Below are positions 40,076 to 50,649 of a stretch of DNA of 64,000 bases, in pieces; the stretch's first letter is position 1, and each line of letters starts with the position of its first letter. The notes beneath the pieces are model-generated. The model was not told where the DNA came from. It saw only the letters and a program-made list of their open reading frames with translations, and made no database searches. The stretch comes from an uncultured Gemmatimonadales bacterium (GTDB taxonomy: Bacteria > Gemmatimonadota > Gemmatimonadetes > Longimicrobiales > RSA9), in NCBI GenBank assembly GCA_963783305.1, contig CAWAMW010000017.1, positions 352,001 through 416,000 of the forward strand. The letters are read 5' to 3'. Made by a program: the position numbers and the translations under genes.

Positions 40076-40474
40076 TCAGGTGCTGTAGAGCCGGTCTACG
40101 GCGTCTCGTATCTCGTCCAGCGACTTGCCATCCTGGTGCATCCGGTGGGCCATGGTGGCCTCCGAGAGGCAGATGTCGCAGCGTGCCGCGTGGTCGTCGC
40201 GGAAGCAGTCCAGGAGCGAGTGGTGCCCGGAGTGCTCGGAGCACGCGCAGTAGCAGTAGATCCCGTCGATGACGTGTGGGACCTCGCTGGCCTCCTGGTA
40301 GACGGCGGCCACGCGGGGATACGCCGCGTACCGCTGGGCCGGCGCCACGTGGGAATGGTCGACGTGGGCCCGCGGCACGGGGTGGTGGCTCTTCGCGCCC
40401 AGGTCGAGGGTGGGGATCAGCAACAGGCCAACGGCCAGCGCGGCGCCCCCGATCCAGGTGTACGTGGAGCTCAT
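40076..40474 (-). CDS. PCYCGC-motif family protein (YCYCAC variant); start uncertain
   Basis: IYCYCAC...GHHSLLDCF...HAARCDICL, EIRDAVDRLY. Confidence 0.8.
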   Translation of the reverse strand: MSSTYTWIGGAALAVGLLLIPTLDLGAKSHHPVPRAHVDHSHVAPAQRYAAYPRVAAVYQEASEVPHVIDGIYCYCACSEHSGHHSLLDCFRDDHAARCDICLSEATMAHRMHQDGKSLDEIRDAVDRLYST

Positions 40475-40700
40475 CCAGCTATCGCGGCGGCCGCCGCGCC
40501 CTCGGCTCCTGTCCTTTCCACCTCTGCCCACGCCCGCCTCCATGTCGATGGTCGTCGGAGCGACGCCCCGCGCCGCGCGACATACCATAGCGGGAGTGGG
40601 GTGAGGGAGTCGTGAACCGTGGATTAAGGAGCGTTCATGATGGTGCCGTGCGGCCGGGATGCCCTATCTTCGTGCGGAGACCAGCACGGGAGGAAACGAG

Positions 40701-41384
40701 ATGAGGATCCTGGTCGTGGAGGATGACCGGAAAGTGGCGAGCTTCCTGGAGCGGGGGCTCCGGGAGGAGGGGTACGCCGTGGATGTCGCCCACGACGGCG
40801 ATGACGGCAGCCTTAAAGCCAGTGTATACGAATACGACCTGGTGGTGCTGGACGTGATGCTGCCGGGCAAAAGCGGATACGAGATCGCGCGTGACCTGCG
40901 GCGTTCGGAGAACGCGGTGCCGGTACTCCTGCTGACGGCGCGGGACTCCAAGGATGACATCGTGCGGGGGCTGGACGCGGGCGCGGACGACTACCTGACG
41001 AAGCCGTTCAGCTTCGAGGAGCTGCTGGCGCGGGTCAGGGCGCTGCTGCGGCGGGGCGGAGCATCGCGTCAGGAGCGGCTGATCTACGCCGACGTGGAGC
41101 TGGATCGGTTGAAGCATACGGCGCGGCGCGGCGGAGAGGACCTGGACCTGACGCCGAAGGAGTTCCAGCTGCTGGAGTACTTCCTGGTGCGGCCGGAGCA
41201 GGTGGTGCGGCGCACGGAGCTGCTGGAGAAGGTATGGGACCTCCACTTCGATCCCATGAGCAACGTGGTGGACGTCCACGTGGGCAACCTCCGGAAGAAG
41301 ATGCGGGCCCGGGGTGAGCCGCTCATCCACACGGTCCGGGGCGTGGGCTACATCCTGGACAGCGGGTACGAGGCCGAGGACTGA
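40701..41384 (+). CDS. OmpR-family response regulator (CusR/CzcR-like)
   Basis: MRILVVEDD, LDVMLP, GADDYLTKPF, SNVVDVHV, LIHTVRGVGY. Confidence 0.95.
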   Translation: MRILVVEDDRKVASFLERGLREEGYAVDVAHDGDDGSLKASVYEYDLVVLDVMLPGKSGYEIARDLRRSENAVPVLLLTARDSKDDIVRGLDAGADDYLTKPFSFEELLARVRALLRRGGASRQERLIYADVELDRLKHTARRGGEDLDLTPKEFQLLEYFLVRPEQVVRRTELLEKVWDLHFDPMSNVVDVHVGNLRKKMRARGEPLIHTVRGVGYILDSGYEAED

Positions 41385-42794
41385 ATGCGGTCGCTCCGTC
41401 TCAGCCTGGCGGTGCAGGCGGCGCTGGGGATGACCGCGGCGCTCGCGGTGGTGTCGCTGGCTGTGGTCCTCTCCATGCGCGAGTTCCTGGATCGCGAGCT
41501 GAACGCCAACCTCATCAACGTGGCGTCGATCCAGGCGGCGGCGGCGACGGACGAGCCGGGCGGTGGGATGACGTTCCACGAGTGGGAGCTGACGCCGGAG
41601 GAAGCGACGCAGATCCGGGAGCTGAACCGGTTCGCCCAGATCTGGAGCGCGGACGGGGAGAGCCTTCTGCGCAGCCGGTTCGCCACGCGGGACCTGCCGC
41701 TGGACACGATGGCGCTTCGACGGGCGTCCGCGGGCAGCCTGGTGATCGTGGAGCAGGAGTACATGGACATGCCCATCCGCTCCCTCTACTACCCGCTGGA
41801 GCGGCTCGGGCCGCTGCACGCGCACCACGTGCTGCAGGTGGCCGCGCCGATGGAGGGCCGCAACCAGCTTCTCGAACGGCTGGGGCGCCTTCTCGCGATG
41901 GTCACCGCGCTGGTGGGACTGGCCACCTTCGTGGGTGCGTGGTGGTTCGCCCGCCGGATGGTGAAGCCGGTGAACGAGATCATCGATCAGGCGGAAGGGC
42001 TGGAGGCTCACACCCTCGACCGCCGCATCGACGCCCACGCGGACCTGCGGGAATACGGGCGTCTCGTCCGGGTGCTGAACGTGATGCTCGCCCGGCTGGA
42101 CCACGCATTCGACGCCCAGCGCCGCTTCACCGCCGACGCCAGCCACGAGCTGCGGAGTCCGCTGACGGCGCTCCGAGGCGAGATCGAGCTGGCGCTGCGG
42201 CGCGAGCGTGACCCGGGTGAGTACCGTCGGGTCCTCGGCAGCAGCCTGCAGGAGGTCGAGCGGCTTTCCCAACTCACGGAAGACCTCCTCACCCTCGCCC
42301 GCTCCGACGCCGGTGTGATCCAGCCGCGCCTCCAGCGTTCCGACGTGCTCGAGCGCGCCGAGCACGTGCTGGGGCGCCTCCAGGCAAAGGCGGAGGAGAA
42401 GGGGCTCGAGCTCCGCTTCGACGCCCACGGCGACACCGACGGGATCTTCGACCCGGGGCTGATCGACCAGCTCCTGTGGAACCTGGTGGACAATGCGGTG
42501 AAGTTCACGCCGGTTGGCGGCACCCTCGAGGTCGGGGTGCGAGGTGGGGAGGATCATGTGGAGATCCGTGTAGCCGACACGGGCCCGGGGATCCCGGCCG
42601 CCGACCTGGACCGCGTCTTCGAGCGGTTCTACCGCGGCGACGTTTCCCGCACACCGCACACGGACGAGTCGGGGACGGGGCTGGGATTGTCCATCGTGAA
42701 GGCCATTGTGGACGTCCACGGCGGCACGGTGCGCGCCGGAAACCGGCCGGAGGGCGGGGCCGAGCTCGTCGTTCGGCTGCCGCGGGCGCCCTGA
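41385..42794 (+). CDS. Heavy-metal sensor histidine kinase (CusS-like)
   Basis: Two TM segments, HAMP, FTADASHELRSPL, N/G boxes. Confidence 0.92.
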   Translation: MRSLRLSLAVQAALGMTAALAVVSLAVVLSMREFLDRELNANLINVASIQAAAATDEPGGGMTFHEWELTPEEATQIRELNRFAQIWSADGESLLRSRFATRDLPLDTMALRRASAGSLVIVEQEYMDMPIRSLYYPLERLGPLHAHHVLQVAAPMEGRNQLLERLGRLLAMVTALVGLATFVGAWWFARRMVKPVNEIIDQAEGLEAHTLDRRIDAHADLREYGRLVRVLNVMLARLDHAFDAQRRFTADASHELRSPLTALRGEIELALRRERDPGEYRRVLGSSLQEVERLSQLTEDLLTLARSDAGVIQPRLQRSDVLERAEHVLGRLQAKAEEKGLELRFDAHGDTDGIFDPGLIDQLLWNLVDNAVKFTPVGGTLEVGVRGGEDHVEIRVADTGPGIPAADLDRVFERFYRGDVSRTPHTDESGTGLGLSIVKAIVDVHGGTVRAGNRPEGGAELVVRLPRAP

Positions 42795-42869
42795 TCCGCT
42801 GATCCGCCGCACCGGAGCACACACCGCCTCACAGCGGCCCCGACCACCCCGGGCGGCGCTGCCTGGTTT

Positions 42870-42907
42870 CCTAAGGACATCTTCATAGACGCTTCACCGC
42901 GACTTCA
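42870..42907 (+). promoter_or_regulatory. Putative OmpR-family binding site: 11-bp-phased C(C/T)T(A/C)A repeats
   Basis: CCTAA at 42870 and CTTCA at 42881, 42892 and 42903, upstream of the efflux operon. Confidence 0.5.
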
Positions 42908-42943
42908 CCCCCCCGGTGCGAAGTTCCCGCCGTAACAGAAACG

Positions 42944-44329
42944 ATGGACCAACGGCGGGAGGGATGGGGGATGGGGAAGATCGCGCTACGACGAAGCGGA
43001 GGGAGCGCGGCCGTAGCGCTGCTCCTGATCGCCGGCGGCGCCGGAGCGCAGACACCCGGGTCCCCAGCTGACTCTGGTGCGACGACACTCGCCGAGCCGG
43101 CTGGCGCTCCGCTACGCCTGGCCCAGGTCTACGAGCTGGCCCGGGAGCGGAGCCCGAGGCTGAGGGCTGCAGCCGCGCTGGCCGACGCCACCAAGACGCG
43201 GGAGGCGTCGGCCGGGCTGCCCCCGGACCCTACACTCCAGCTCGGCGTGATGAACCTCTCCGTGCCAGGCCTCGCCGCCGATATGCCCACGTCCATGGTG
43301 CCATCCGTCCAGGCCATGCAGATGCTGCCGTTCCCCGGGAAGCTGGGCCTCAGGGAGCGGATCGCGGAGCAGGCGACGGCGATGGCCCGGGCGAGCGCGG
43401 AGGAGACATGGTGGGATGTCCGAACCATGGCTGCAGCCGCCTTCTTCGGCATCTACGAGGTCGACCGGAAGCTGGACGTGATGCGTGAGACACTGGGGCT
43501 GCTGCAGGACTTCCAGCAGGTGGCCCAGGCCATGTACTCGGCGGGCACCGGCCGACAGAGCGATGTCCTTCGCGCCACGGTGGAGGTGGCCCGGATGGAC
43601 GCCGAGATCCAGAGGATGGTGGCCCTGCGGAAGGCCGCCGTAGCTCGCCTGAACGCCCTTCTCGACAGGCCGGCGGACACGCCGATCCCGAGCGTGGCGC
43701 TCCCCGCTCCGGCCGCCCTCGCGGGGTCACTGGATCCGGCGGCGCTGCGCGAATGGGCGGAGGGAAGCCGACCGCTGCTGCTCCGCTCGCGGACCGGGCT
43801 GGAGCAGGCGCGAACTCGCGAGGAGCTGGCCCGGAAGCAGATCTGGCCGGACCTGAGCCTGGGTGTGCAGTACGGCCAGCGCAACGCCGGGGCCATGGGC
43901 ACCGAGCGGATGGGGAGCGCGATGGTGGGCTTCAGCATCCCGGTCTTCGCGAAGAGTCGCCAGTTGAGGGAACGGGACGAGGCCGCAGCGATGGAGGCAA
44001 TGGCGGAGGCGGAGCTGAGGAACGTGAGGGCGCAGGTGGACGCGCGCATTGGCGAGCTGCAGGCGGAGCTGGAGCGGGTCCGGTCGTTGGTCGATCTCTA
44101 CGCGGACGAGGTGCTCCCGCAGGCGGACGCCAACGTGGAATCCTCCCTGGCTTCCTACCGGGTCGGCGATGTCGACTTCATGACCCTCGTCGATTCGCAG
44201 ATGACGGCGAACCGATACGAACAGGAGTTCTACACGCTGCTGGCCGACCACGGTCGCGCGGTGGCGCAGCTGGAAATGACGGTCGGGCGGGACCTCCCGA
44301 CGGCCGAACCGATGTCGGAGGCCCCATGA
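42944..44329 (+). CDS. TolC family outer-membrane efflux protein (CusC-like)
   Basis: Signal peptide, outer-membrane efflux protein repeats (QMLPFPGK, SIPVF, YRVGDVDF); first gene of the RND operon. Confidence 0.9.
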   Translation: MDQRREGWGMGKIALRRSGGSAAVALLLIAGGAGAQTPGSPADSGATTLAEPAGAPLRLAQVYELARERSPRLRAAAALADATKTREASAGLPPDPTLQLGVMNLSVPGLAADMPTSMVPSVQAMQMLPFPGKLGLRERIAEQATAMARASAEETWWDVRTMAAAAFFGIYEVDRKLDVMRETLGLLQDFQQVAQAMYSAGTGRQSDVLRATVEVARMDAEIQRMVALRKAAVARLNALLDRPADTPIPSVALPAPAALAGSLDPAALREWAEGSRPLLLRSRTGLEQARTREELARKQIWPDLSLGVQYGQRNAGAMGTERMGSAMVGFSIPVFAKSRQLRERDEAAAMEAMAEAELRNVRAQVDARIGELQAELERVRSLVDLYADEVLPQADANVESSLASYRVGDVDFMTLVDSQMTANRYEQEFYTLLADHGRAVAQLEMTVGRDLPTAEPMSEAP

Positions 44330-45642
44330 GCAACAGGAAGCAGATCATCGTATCCGTGATTCTCCTCGTCCTGGCGGGCGGGGGTGTGGGACTCTACAGC
44401 GCGTGGGCATCGCCGGCGGAGACCTCGACGGGGATGGAGGGACACAACCACGCCGCCATGGGTGGCGGCGGCGAGGGGGATCAGCTCAACCCGGTGCGGC
44501 TGACGGAGAGCGCGGCGCGGGCCATCGGCGTCACCTACGCGACCGTGGCACGGCGGGCGATCGATCGGGAGGTCCGGACGGTCGGGACTGTCGAGTTTGA
44601 CGAGACGCGGCTCGCGAACCTCAACCCCAAGATCGAGGGGTGGGTGGAGCGTCTGCACGTGGACTTCACCGGGGCGCCCGTCCGAAAGGGCCAACCGCTC
44701 CTCGAGCTGTACAGCCCCATGCTGGTGGCGGCACAGGAGGAACTGATCCTGGCGCGTCGACTGGCGGATGAGGCGACCGGCGAGCGCGCGATGCGGAACG
44801 CGCAGACGCTGCTGGAGTCATCGCGCCGTCGGCTGTCGTACTGGGACATCCCCTCCGAGCAGATCGCGCGGATCGAAAAGACGGGCCAGCCCACGAAGAC
44901 CCTGACGCTGCGCTCGCCCGCGAGCGGGATCGTGGTGGAGAAGAACGTGGTGGAGGGGGGTCGGATCATGCCGGGGATGGACGTCTTCAAGATCGCCGAC
45001 CTCTCCACCGTCTGGGTGGAGGGCGAGGTGTTCGAGAAGGACCTCTCGCTGGCGACGGTGGGTCAGTCGGCGACGGTCTCCTTCGAGTCGTATCCGGGAG
45101 AAGTGTTCGATGGGGTGATCGCCTACGTCTATCCGAGCGTCTCCAGCAGCTCGCGCACCGGGCGGATCCGGATCGAGCTGGCCAACCCCGGGATCCGGCT
45201 CAGGCCCGGCATGTACGCCAACATCCGCCTGGCCGTCCCGGGAGGGACGCAGGGTCTGGCGATCCCCCGGAGCGCCGTTCTCTTCACGGGCGAGCGGGCG
45301 ATCGTCTTCGTGCGCCACGACAACGGCGTCCTCATTCCCCACGAGGTCACCACCGGCCTGGTCGCCGGCAACGACATCGAGATCCTGGCCGGGCTGGAGG
45401 AGGGCCAGCAGGTGGTGACGTCCGCCAGCTTCCTGATCGACGCCGAGTCCAACCTCGGCGCCTCCATGGGGGAGATGGACGCGGGAGCCGGCGGCTCCGT
45501 GGAGATCGACCACTCGCGGCACGGGAGCCCGGCTCCGGCGATGGACCATTCCGGGCACACGTCCGGGATGGACATGGACGGGGCGGAGCTGCCGGAGCAG
45601 TCCGACCCGGGTGGCCAGGGCGGTCACAGCGGGCACGAGTAG
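44326..45642 (+). CDS. cusB: RND periplasmic adaptor (CusB-like) with His/Met-rich tails
   Basis: IEGWVERL, LYSPML, IADLSTVWV, LRPGMY, FLIDAESNL. Confidence 0.9.
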   Translation: MSNRKQIIVSVILLVLAGGGVGLYSAWASPAETSTGMEGHNHAAMGGGGEGDQLNPVRLTESAARAIGVTYATVARRAIDREVRTVGTVEFDETRLANLNPKIEGWVERLHVDFTGAPVRKGQPLLELYSPMLVAAQEELILARRLADEATGERAMRNAQTLLESSRRRLSYWDIPSEQIARIEKTGQPTKTLTLRSPASGIVVEKNVVEGGRIMPGMDVFKIADLSTVWVEGEVFEKDLSLATVGQSATVSFESYPGEVFDGVIAYVYPSVSSSSRTGRIRIELANPGIRLRPGMYANIRLAVPGGTQGLAIPRSAVLFTGERAIVFVRHDNGVLIPHEVTTGLVAGNDIEILAGLEEGQQVVTSASFLIDAESNLGASMGEMDAGAGGSVEIDHSRHGSPAPAMDHSGHTSGMDMDGAELPEQSDPGGQGGHSGHE

Positions 45643-45656
45643 GAGAGTCGCGGACC

Positions 45657-48600
45657 ATGCTGAATCGCATCATCGAATGGTCGGTTTCGAACAAGTTCAT
45701 TGTGGCGATCTTCACCGCGTTCCTCGTGGCGGGAGGTGTCGCCGCCATGAGGAGCATGCCGCTGGAGGCGTTGCCGGACCTGAGCGATGTCCAGGTGATC
45801 GTCCGCACGGACTACTCGGGACAGGCACCGCAGATCATCGAGGACCAGGTCACGTATCCCATCGCCACGGAGATGCTGAAGGTGCCGGGCGCGGAAACGG
45901 TGCGGGGCTACTCCTTCTTCGGGACGTCGTTCGTCTACGTGATCTTCGACGATGGGACGGACCTGTACTGGGCCCGGAGCCGGGTGCTGGAGTACCTGTC
46001 CGCCATCCGCTCGAGGCTCCCCGACGGGGCCGAGTCCGAGCTCGGCCCGGATGCGACCGGCCTGGGCTGGGTCTACCAGTACGTCATCGAGGATGAGAGC
46101 GGAACGCGGTCGCTGGCGGACCTGAGGGCGTTTCAGGACTGGTACCTGCGCTACCAGCTGACGGCGGTCTCCGGCGTCAGCGAAGTGGCGACCGTGGGGG
46201 GGTTCGAGAAGACCTACCAGGTGACCGTGGATCCGGCGAAGCTCCGGGGCTACGGGATCCCGGTGACCCGTGTGATGAGCGCGGTGAAGGCGTCGAACCA
46301 GGACGTGGGCGCCATGATGATGGAGCAGAGCGAGCGGGAGTTCATCATCCGCGGGCTCGGCTACCTCGAGGGGATGGAGGACATCGAGAACGTGGTAGTG
46401 GGCGCCACGGTGGGCGGAACCCCCATCCGTGTGGCCGATGTGGCGAACGTGGAGCTGGCGCCGGACGTCCGGCGGGGTGTCGCGGACCTGAACGGCCGCG
46501 GTGATGTGGTGGGCGGGATCGTCGTCATGCGCTTTGGCGAGAACGCGCTGGCCACGATCGAGCGGGTGAAGGAGAAGCTGGCCGAGATCGCGCCGGGGCT
46601 GCCGGAGGGGATCGTGGTGAAGCCGGTTTACGACCGCTCAGGGTTGATCGTGGACGCGATCCACACGCTCAGGGAGAAGCTGCTGGAGGAGTCGCTGATC
46701 GTGGCGCTGGTTGCGATCATCTTCCTCTTCCATGCCCGGAGCGCGCTGGTGGCCATCCTCACGCTGCCGGTGGGCATCCTCATCGCCTTCATCGCCATGC
46801 GGGGGCTGGGTCTCGGCGCGGACATCATGAGCCTGGGGGGGATCGCCATCGCCATTGGCGCCATGATCGACGCGGCCATCGTCATGATCGAGAACATGCA
46901 CAAGCATCTCGAACGGGCGGTGGGGGAGAAGCGGAAAGCCGCCATCGCGCGTGGTGAGCCGGTTCCCGACGATGATCGGCTGCACACGAACATGCTGACC
47001 TCGCAGGAGCGCTGGCAGATCGTGGTGGACTCCTCGAAGGAGGTCGGGCCCGCCCTCTTCTTCAGCCTGCTCATCATCACGGTCAGCTTCCTCCCCGTGT
47101 TCGCCCTGGAGGCGCAGGAGGGGCGGATGTTCAAGCCGCTGGCATGGACGAAGACCCTCTCCATGGCGGCCGCCAGCCTCCTCGCGCTGACCCTGGTGCC
47201 GGTGACCATGGGGCTGTTCATCCGGGGACGGATCCACGCGGAGTCGAAGAACCCCGTCTCCCGGTTCCTGATCCGGATCTACAGGCCCGCGCTCACGTGG
47301 GTGCTGGCCCGCCGCTGGCCTGTGATCGCGGGTGCGGGCGCGATCCTGATCCTTACGTTCATCCCGTTCAGCCGGATCGGCAGCGAGTTCATGCCGCCGT
47401 TGAACGAGGGCAGCATTCTCTACATGCCCACTACGCTGCCGGGGGTGAGCATCGCCACCGCCCGGGAAACGCTGATCAAGCAGGACAGCATCCTGGCCTC
47501 GTTCCCGGAAGTGGAGAGCGTCTTCGGGAAGGCGGGTCGCGCCACGACGGCCACGGACCCGGCGCCGCTCGCCATGTTCGAGACCACGATCGTACTGAAG
47601 CCTGAGAGCGACTGGCGGGCCGGGCTGACGCACGAGAAGCTGGTGGAGGAGATGGACGCGGCACTGGACTTCCCGGGCGTGACCAACTCCTGGACCATGC
47701 CGATCAAGGGCCGCATCGACATGCTCGCCACGGGGATCCGCACGCCGGTGGGGGTCAAGGTCTTCGGTCCTGACCTGAACGAGCTGGCGCGCATTGCCAA
47801 GCGGGTGGAAGAAGCCGCAGCCATGGTGCCCGGCACCCGATCGGCGTTCGCGGAGCGGGCCGTCTCCGGCTACTACCTGGATGTGGATATCGACCGGGTC
47901 GCCGCGGCCCGATACGGCCTCAATACGCAGGACATCCAGATGGTGCTGGCGTCGGCCGTGGGCGGCATGCGGATCACCGAGACGGTGGAGGGTCGCGAGC
48001 GGTACGGCGTTCGCCTCCGCTATCCCCAGGAGCTGCGCGATCAGCCGGAGAAGCTCGCGGAGCTCCTGATCCCCGTGGGCTCCCTCCGCGGTGGTGGCGC
48101 CAGTGGTGGCGCCGGTGGTGGCGGGGCGATGAGCGGGATGGACATGGCCGGCGGCGGCGGCGCGGCGGCGGCGGGTGGGGCGCAGGTGCCGCTCGGCGCA
48201 GTGGCGACGATCCGTCGCGCCAGCGGGCCCATGGTGATAAAGACGGAAGGTGCGTTTCCCACCGCCTGGGTCTTCCTGGACGTGGCGGACCGCGACATCG
48301 GCGGCTACGTGGCGGACGCCAAGGCCATGGTCGACGAGATGGTCAAACTCCCCGCCGGCTACACGTTGGAATGGTCGGGGCAGTACGAGTACATGGAGCG
48401 GGCGAAGGCGAAGCTGCAGTATGTGGTGCCGGCCACGCTCCTGATCATCTTCCTTCTGCTCTATCTCAACTTCAGGAGCGTGGGTGAGACGATGATCGTC
48501 ATGCTCTCGCTGCCGTTCGCGCTCGTGGGCGGCGTCTTCTTCATGTGGCTGCTGGGCTACAACTGGTCCGTGGCCACGGTGATCGGCTTCATTGCACTGG

Positions 48601-49004
48601 CGGGAGTATCGGCGGAGACCGGCGTGATCATGCTGATCTATCTCGACATCGCGTGGCGGGAGCGGCTTCGGGCTAGCTCTCCGCCGAGTCTCCACGACCT
48701 GTATGACGCCATCATGCACGGTGCGGTCGAGCGTGTACGCCCGAAGATGATGACCGTGATGGCGATTACGGGCGGGCTCCTGCCGATCCTCTGGGGCCAC
48801 GGGACCGGCGCCAGCGTCATGAAGCGCATCGCGGCCCCCATGGTGGGCGGCATGGCCTCCTCCACCATCCTCACGCTCCTCGTGATCCCGGCGATCTACT
48901 CGCTCTGGCGGGAGTGGGAGCTCCGCCGGATGAGAGCGGTGGATGAGTCTCGAGAGGCCTCACCGGTAGAGGCGCAGCTGGGGGAGCCGGTGGCCGCAGG
49001 CTGA
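45657..49004 (+). CDS. cusA: CusA/CzcA family heavy-metal RND permease (Cu+/Ag+ type)
   Basis: LPDLSDVQVI, DLYWARSRVLEYL, AIGAMIDAAIVMIEN, GSEFMPPL, DPAPLAMFET, RIDML, RPKMMT. Confidence 0.95.
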   Translation: MLNRIIEWSVSNKFIVAIFTAFLVAGGVAAMRSMPLEALPDLSDVQVIVRTDYSGQAPQIIEDQVTYPIATEMLKVPGAETVRGYSFFGTSFVYVIFDDGTDLYWARSRVLEYLSAIRSRLPDGAESELGPDATGLGWVYQYVIEDESGTRSLADLRAFQDWYLRYQLTAVSGVSEVATVGGFEKTYQVTVDPAKLRGYGIPVTRVMSAVKASNQDVGAMMMEQSEREFIIRGLGYLEGMEDIENVVVGATVGGTPIRVADVANVELAPDVRRGVADLNGRGDVVGGIVVMRFGENALATIERVKEKLAEIAPGLPEGIVVKPVYDRSGLIVDAIHTLREKLLEESLIVALVAIIFLFHARSALVAILTLPVGILIAFIAMRGLGLGADIMSLGGIAIAIGAMIDAAIVMIENMHKHLERAVGEKRKAAIARGEPVPDDDRLHTNMLTSQERWQIVVDSSKEVGPALFFSLLIITVSFLPVFALEAQEGRMFKPLAWTKTLSMAAASLLALTLVPVTMGLFIRGRIHAESKNPVSRFLIRIYRPALTWVLARRWPVIAGAGAILILTFIPFSRIGSEFMPPLNEGSILYMPTTLPGVSIATARETLIKQDSILASFPEVESVFGKAGRATTATDPAPLAMFETTIVLKPESDWRAGLTHEKLVEEMDAALDFPGVTNSWTMPIKGRIDMLATGIRTPVGVKVFGPDLNELARIAKRVEEAAAMVPGTRSAFAERAVSGYYLDVDIDRVAAARYGLNTQDIQMVLASAVGGMRITETVEGRERYGVRLRYPQELRDQPEKLAELLIPVGSLRGGGASGGAGGGGAMSGMDMAGGGGAAAAGGAQVPLGAVATIRRASGPMVIKTEGAFPTAWVFLDVADRDIGGYVADAKAMVDEMVKLPAGYTLEWSGQYEYMERAKAKLQYVVPATLLIIFLLLYLNFRSVGETMIVMLSLPFALVGGVFFMWLLGYNWSVATVIGFIALAGVSAETGVIMLIYLDIAWRERLRASSPPSLHDLYDAIMHGAVERVRPKMMTVMAITGGLLPILWGHGTGASVMKRIAAPMVGGMASSTILTLLVIPAIYSLWREWELRRMRAVDESREASPVEAQLGEPVAAG

Positions 49005-49050
49005 CGATCGGCCGGGGCATCGCTCGCAGGCGACGATCCCGTCCGCTAGC

Positions 49051-49728
49051 TTGGCGGCCATGGCGCCACCCTCACAGCAGCGTCCGCCGGCGATCGCCGT
49101 ACGCGGGCTGACCGCGCCGGAGCCGGCATCCGGCCCGGCCATCCTCCGGGACGTGGACTTCGCCGTTCAACCGGGCGAGCGCGTCGTGCTCAGCGGTCCC
49201 TCGGGCTCCGGCAAGTCCACGCTCCTGCGCTGCATGGTCCTCCTTCAGCCCGCCGCCGGCGCCGTGCTGCTGGATGGCGAGCCGGTCGCTCCAGCGCGGG
49301 TTCGTGAGCTGCGCCGTCGCGTGGGCTACGTGGCACAACGGCCGGTGAGCGTCGGGGGGACCGTGTACGAGAACCTGTCGTTCCCGCGGCAGCTGCACGT
49401 CGACGCCATGACCGAAACAGCTCAGCGGGCGCTCCTCGCGCGCCTGGGGATGGGCGAGATCCCGGGCGATCGGCGTTTCGAGGAGCTCTCCGGCGGCGAG
49501 CAGCAGCGGGTGGCGCTCGTCCGTTCGCTCAGCGCCCGCCCGGAGGTACTCCTCCTGGACGAGCCCACGGCCAGCCTGGACCCGGAGAACGTGGGCGCGG
49601 TGGTGGAGGCGCTGGAACGGTGGCTGGAGGAGGAGCCCTCCCGCGCGCTGGTCTGGGTGAGCCACCACGCGCACCAGGTCGAAGGTCTGGCTACCCGCCG
49701 GGTCCCCATGAGGGAGCTGTCGCGGTGA
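49051..49728 (+). CDS. ABC ATP-binding protein (FetA/YbbL-like)
   Basis: GPSGSGKST, LSGGEQQR, LLLDEPT, WVSH. Confidence 0.88.
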   Translation: MAAMAPPSQQRPPAIAVRGLTAPEPASGPAILRDVDFAVQPGERVVLSGPSGSGKSTLLRCMVLLQPAAGAVLLDGEPVAPARVRELRRRVGYVAQRPVSVGGTVYENLSFPRQLHVDAMTETAQRALLARLGMGEIPGDRRFEELSGGEQQRVALVRSLSARPEVLLLDEPTASLDPENVGAVVEALERWLEEEPSRALVWVSHHAHQVEGLATRRVPMRELSR

Positions 49729-50522
49729 ACGCGCCGCTGATCCAGCTGGGACCCTGGGACCTGGCGCTCGCCGCGCTCCTGCTGATCGTGCCCGCGGCCA
49801 TCAGCATAGGGCTCCGGCTGGGGCTGGAGCGCCGGCTGGCGCTGGCGGGCGTGCGCACGGTACTCCAGCTCGCCTTCATCGGCCTGGTGCTCGAGTGGGT
49901 CTTCGCCCTCGATCGCTGGTATTACGTCCTGCCGGTCCTCCTGCTCATGCTCGTGGCCGCCGCCCGCGCCGCCGTCCAGCGCCCGGAGCGGCGGTTCACC
50001 GGGGCGTACCTGGCCGCGTTCGCATCGCTGGTCCTGGCCACCGGGACGGTCACGTTCGTCTCCACCGAGCTGATCATCGGCGTGGAGTCCTGGTACCAGC
50101 CGCAGTACGTGATTCCGCTCCTCGGGATGCTGCTGGGCAACGGTCTGACCGGTATCAGCCTGTCCATGGACCGCCTGCTGAACGGTCTGGTGGAGCGGCG
50201 CGAGTCGGTGGAGGCGCGACTCGCCCTCGGCGCCTCCCTCTGGACCGCGGTGCAGCCGTGGGTCGCCGATGCTGTCCGGACGGGGCTGATCCCCATCATC
50301 AACGCCATGATGGTGGTGGGGCTCGTGAGCCTGCCGGGCATGATGACCGGCCAGATCCTGGCCGGGGCGGATCCCGGAGACGCGGTCGCCTACCAGATCC
50401 TGATCATGTTCATGATCGCCGGGGCGACCTCAATCGGGACCATCCTCCTCTGCCTCCTGGCGTACCGGTCGCTCGCGGATCCGTTCGAACGCATCCGTTG
50501 GGAGCGCATCAGCGGCGGGTGA
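49725..50522 (+). CDS. UPF0014 / FetB (YbbM)-like ABC permease
   Basis: RTVLQL, PQYVIPLLGMLLGN, VGLVSLPGMMTGQILAG, YQILIMF. Confidence 0.9.
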   Translation: MNAPLIQLGPWDLALAALLLIVPAAISIGLRLGLERRLALAGVRTVLQLAFIGLVLEWVFALDRWYYVLPVLLLMLVAAARAAVQRPERRFTGAYLAAFASLVLATGTVTFVSTELIIGVESWYQPQYVIPLLGMLLGNGLTGISLSMDRLLNGLVERRESVEARLALGASLWTAVQPWVADAVRTGLIPIINAMMVVGLVSLPGMMTGQILAGADPGDAVAYQILIMFMIAGATSIGTILLCLLAYRSLADPFERIRWERISGG

Positions 50523-50649
50523 CCGTTTCGGCCACTGGCACGGATTCGGCAACACTCCCACCCGACCGCAGCAACCGCCGATCAGCCGGGATATCCGTGT
50601 CGAGCACCAGAGCGAAACAGCCGTTACCCGTACGCCCAGCGACCTGCCC

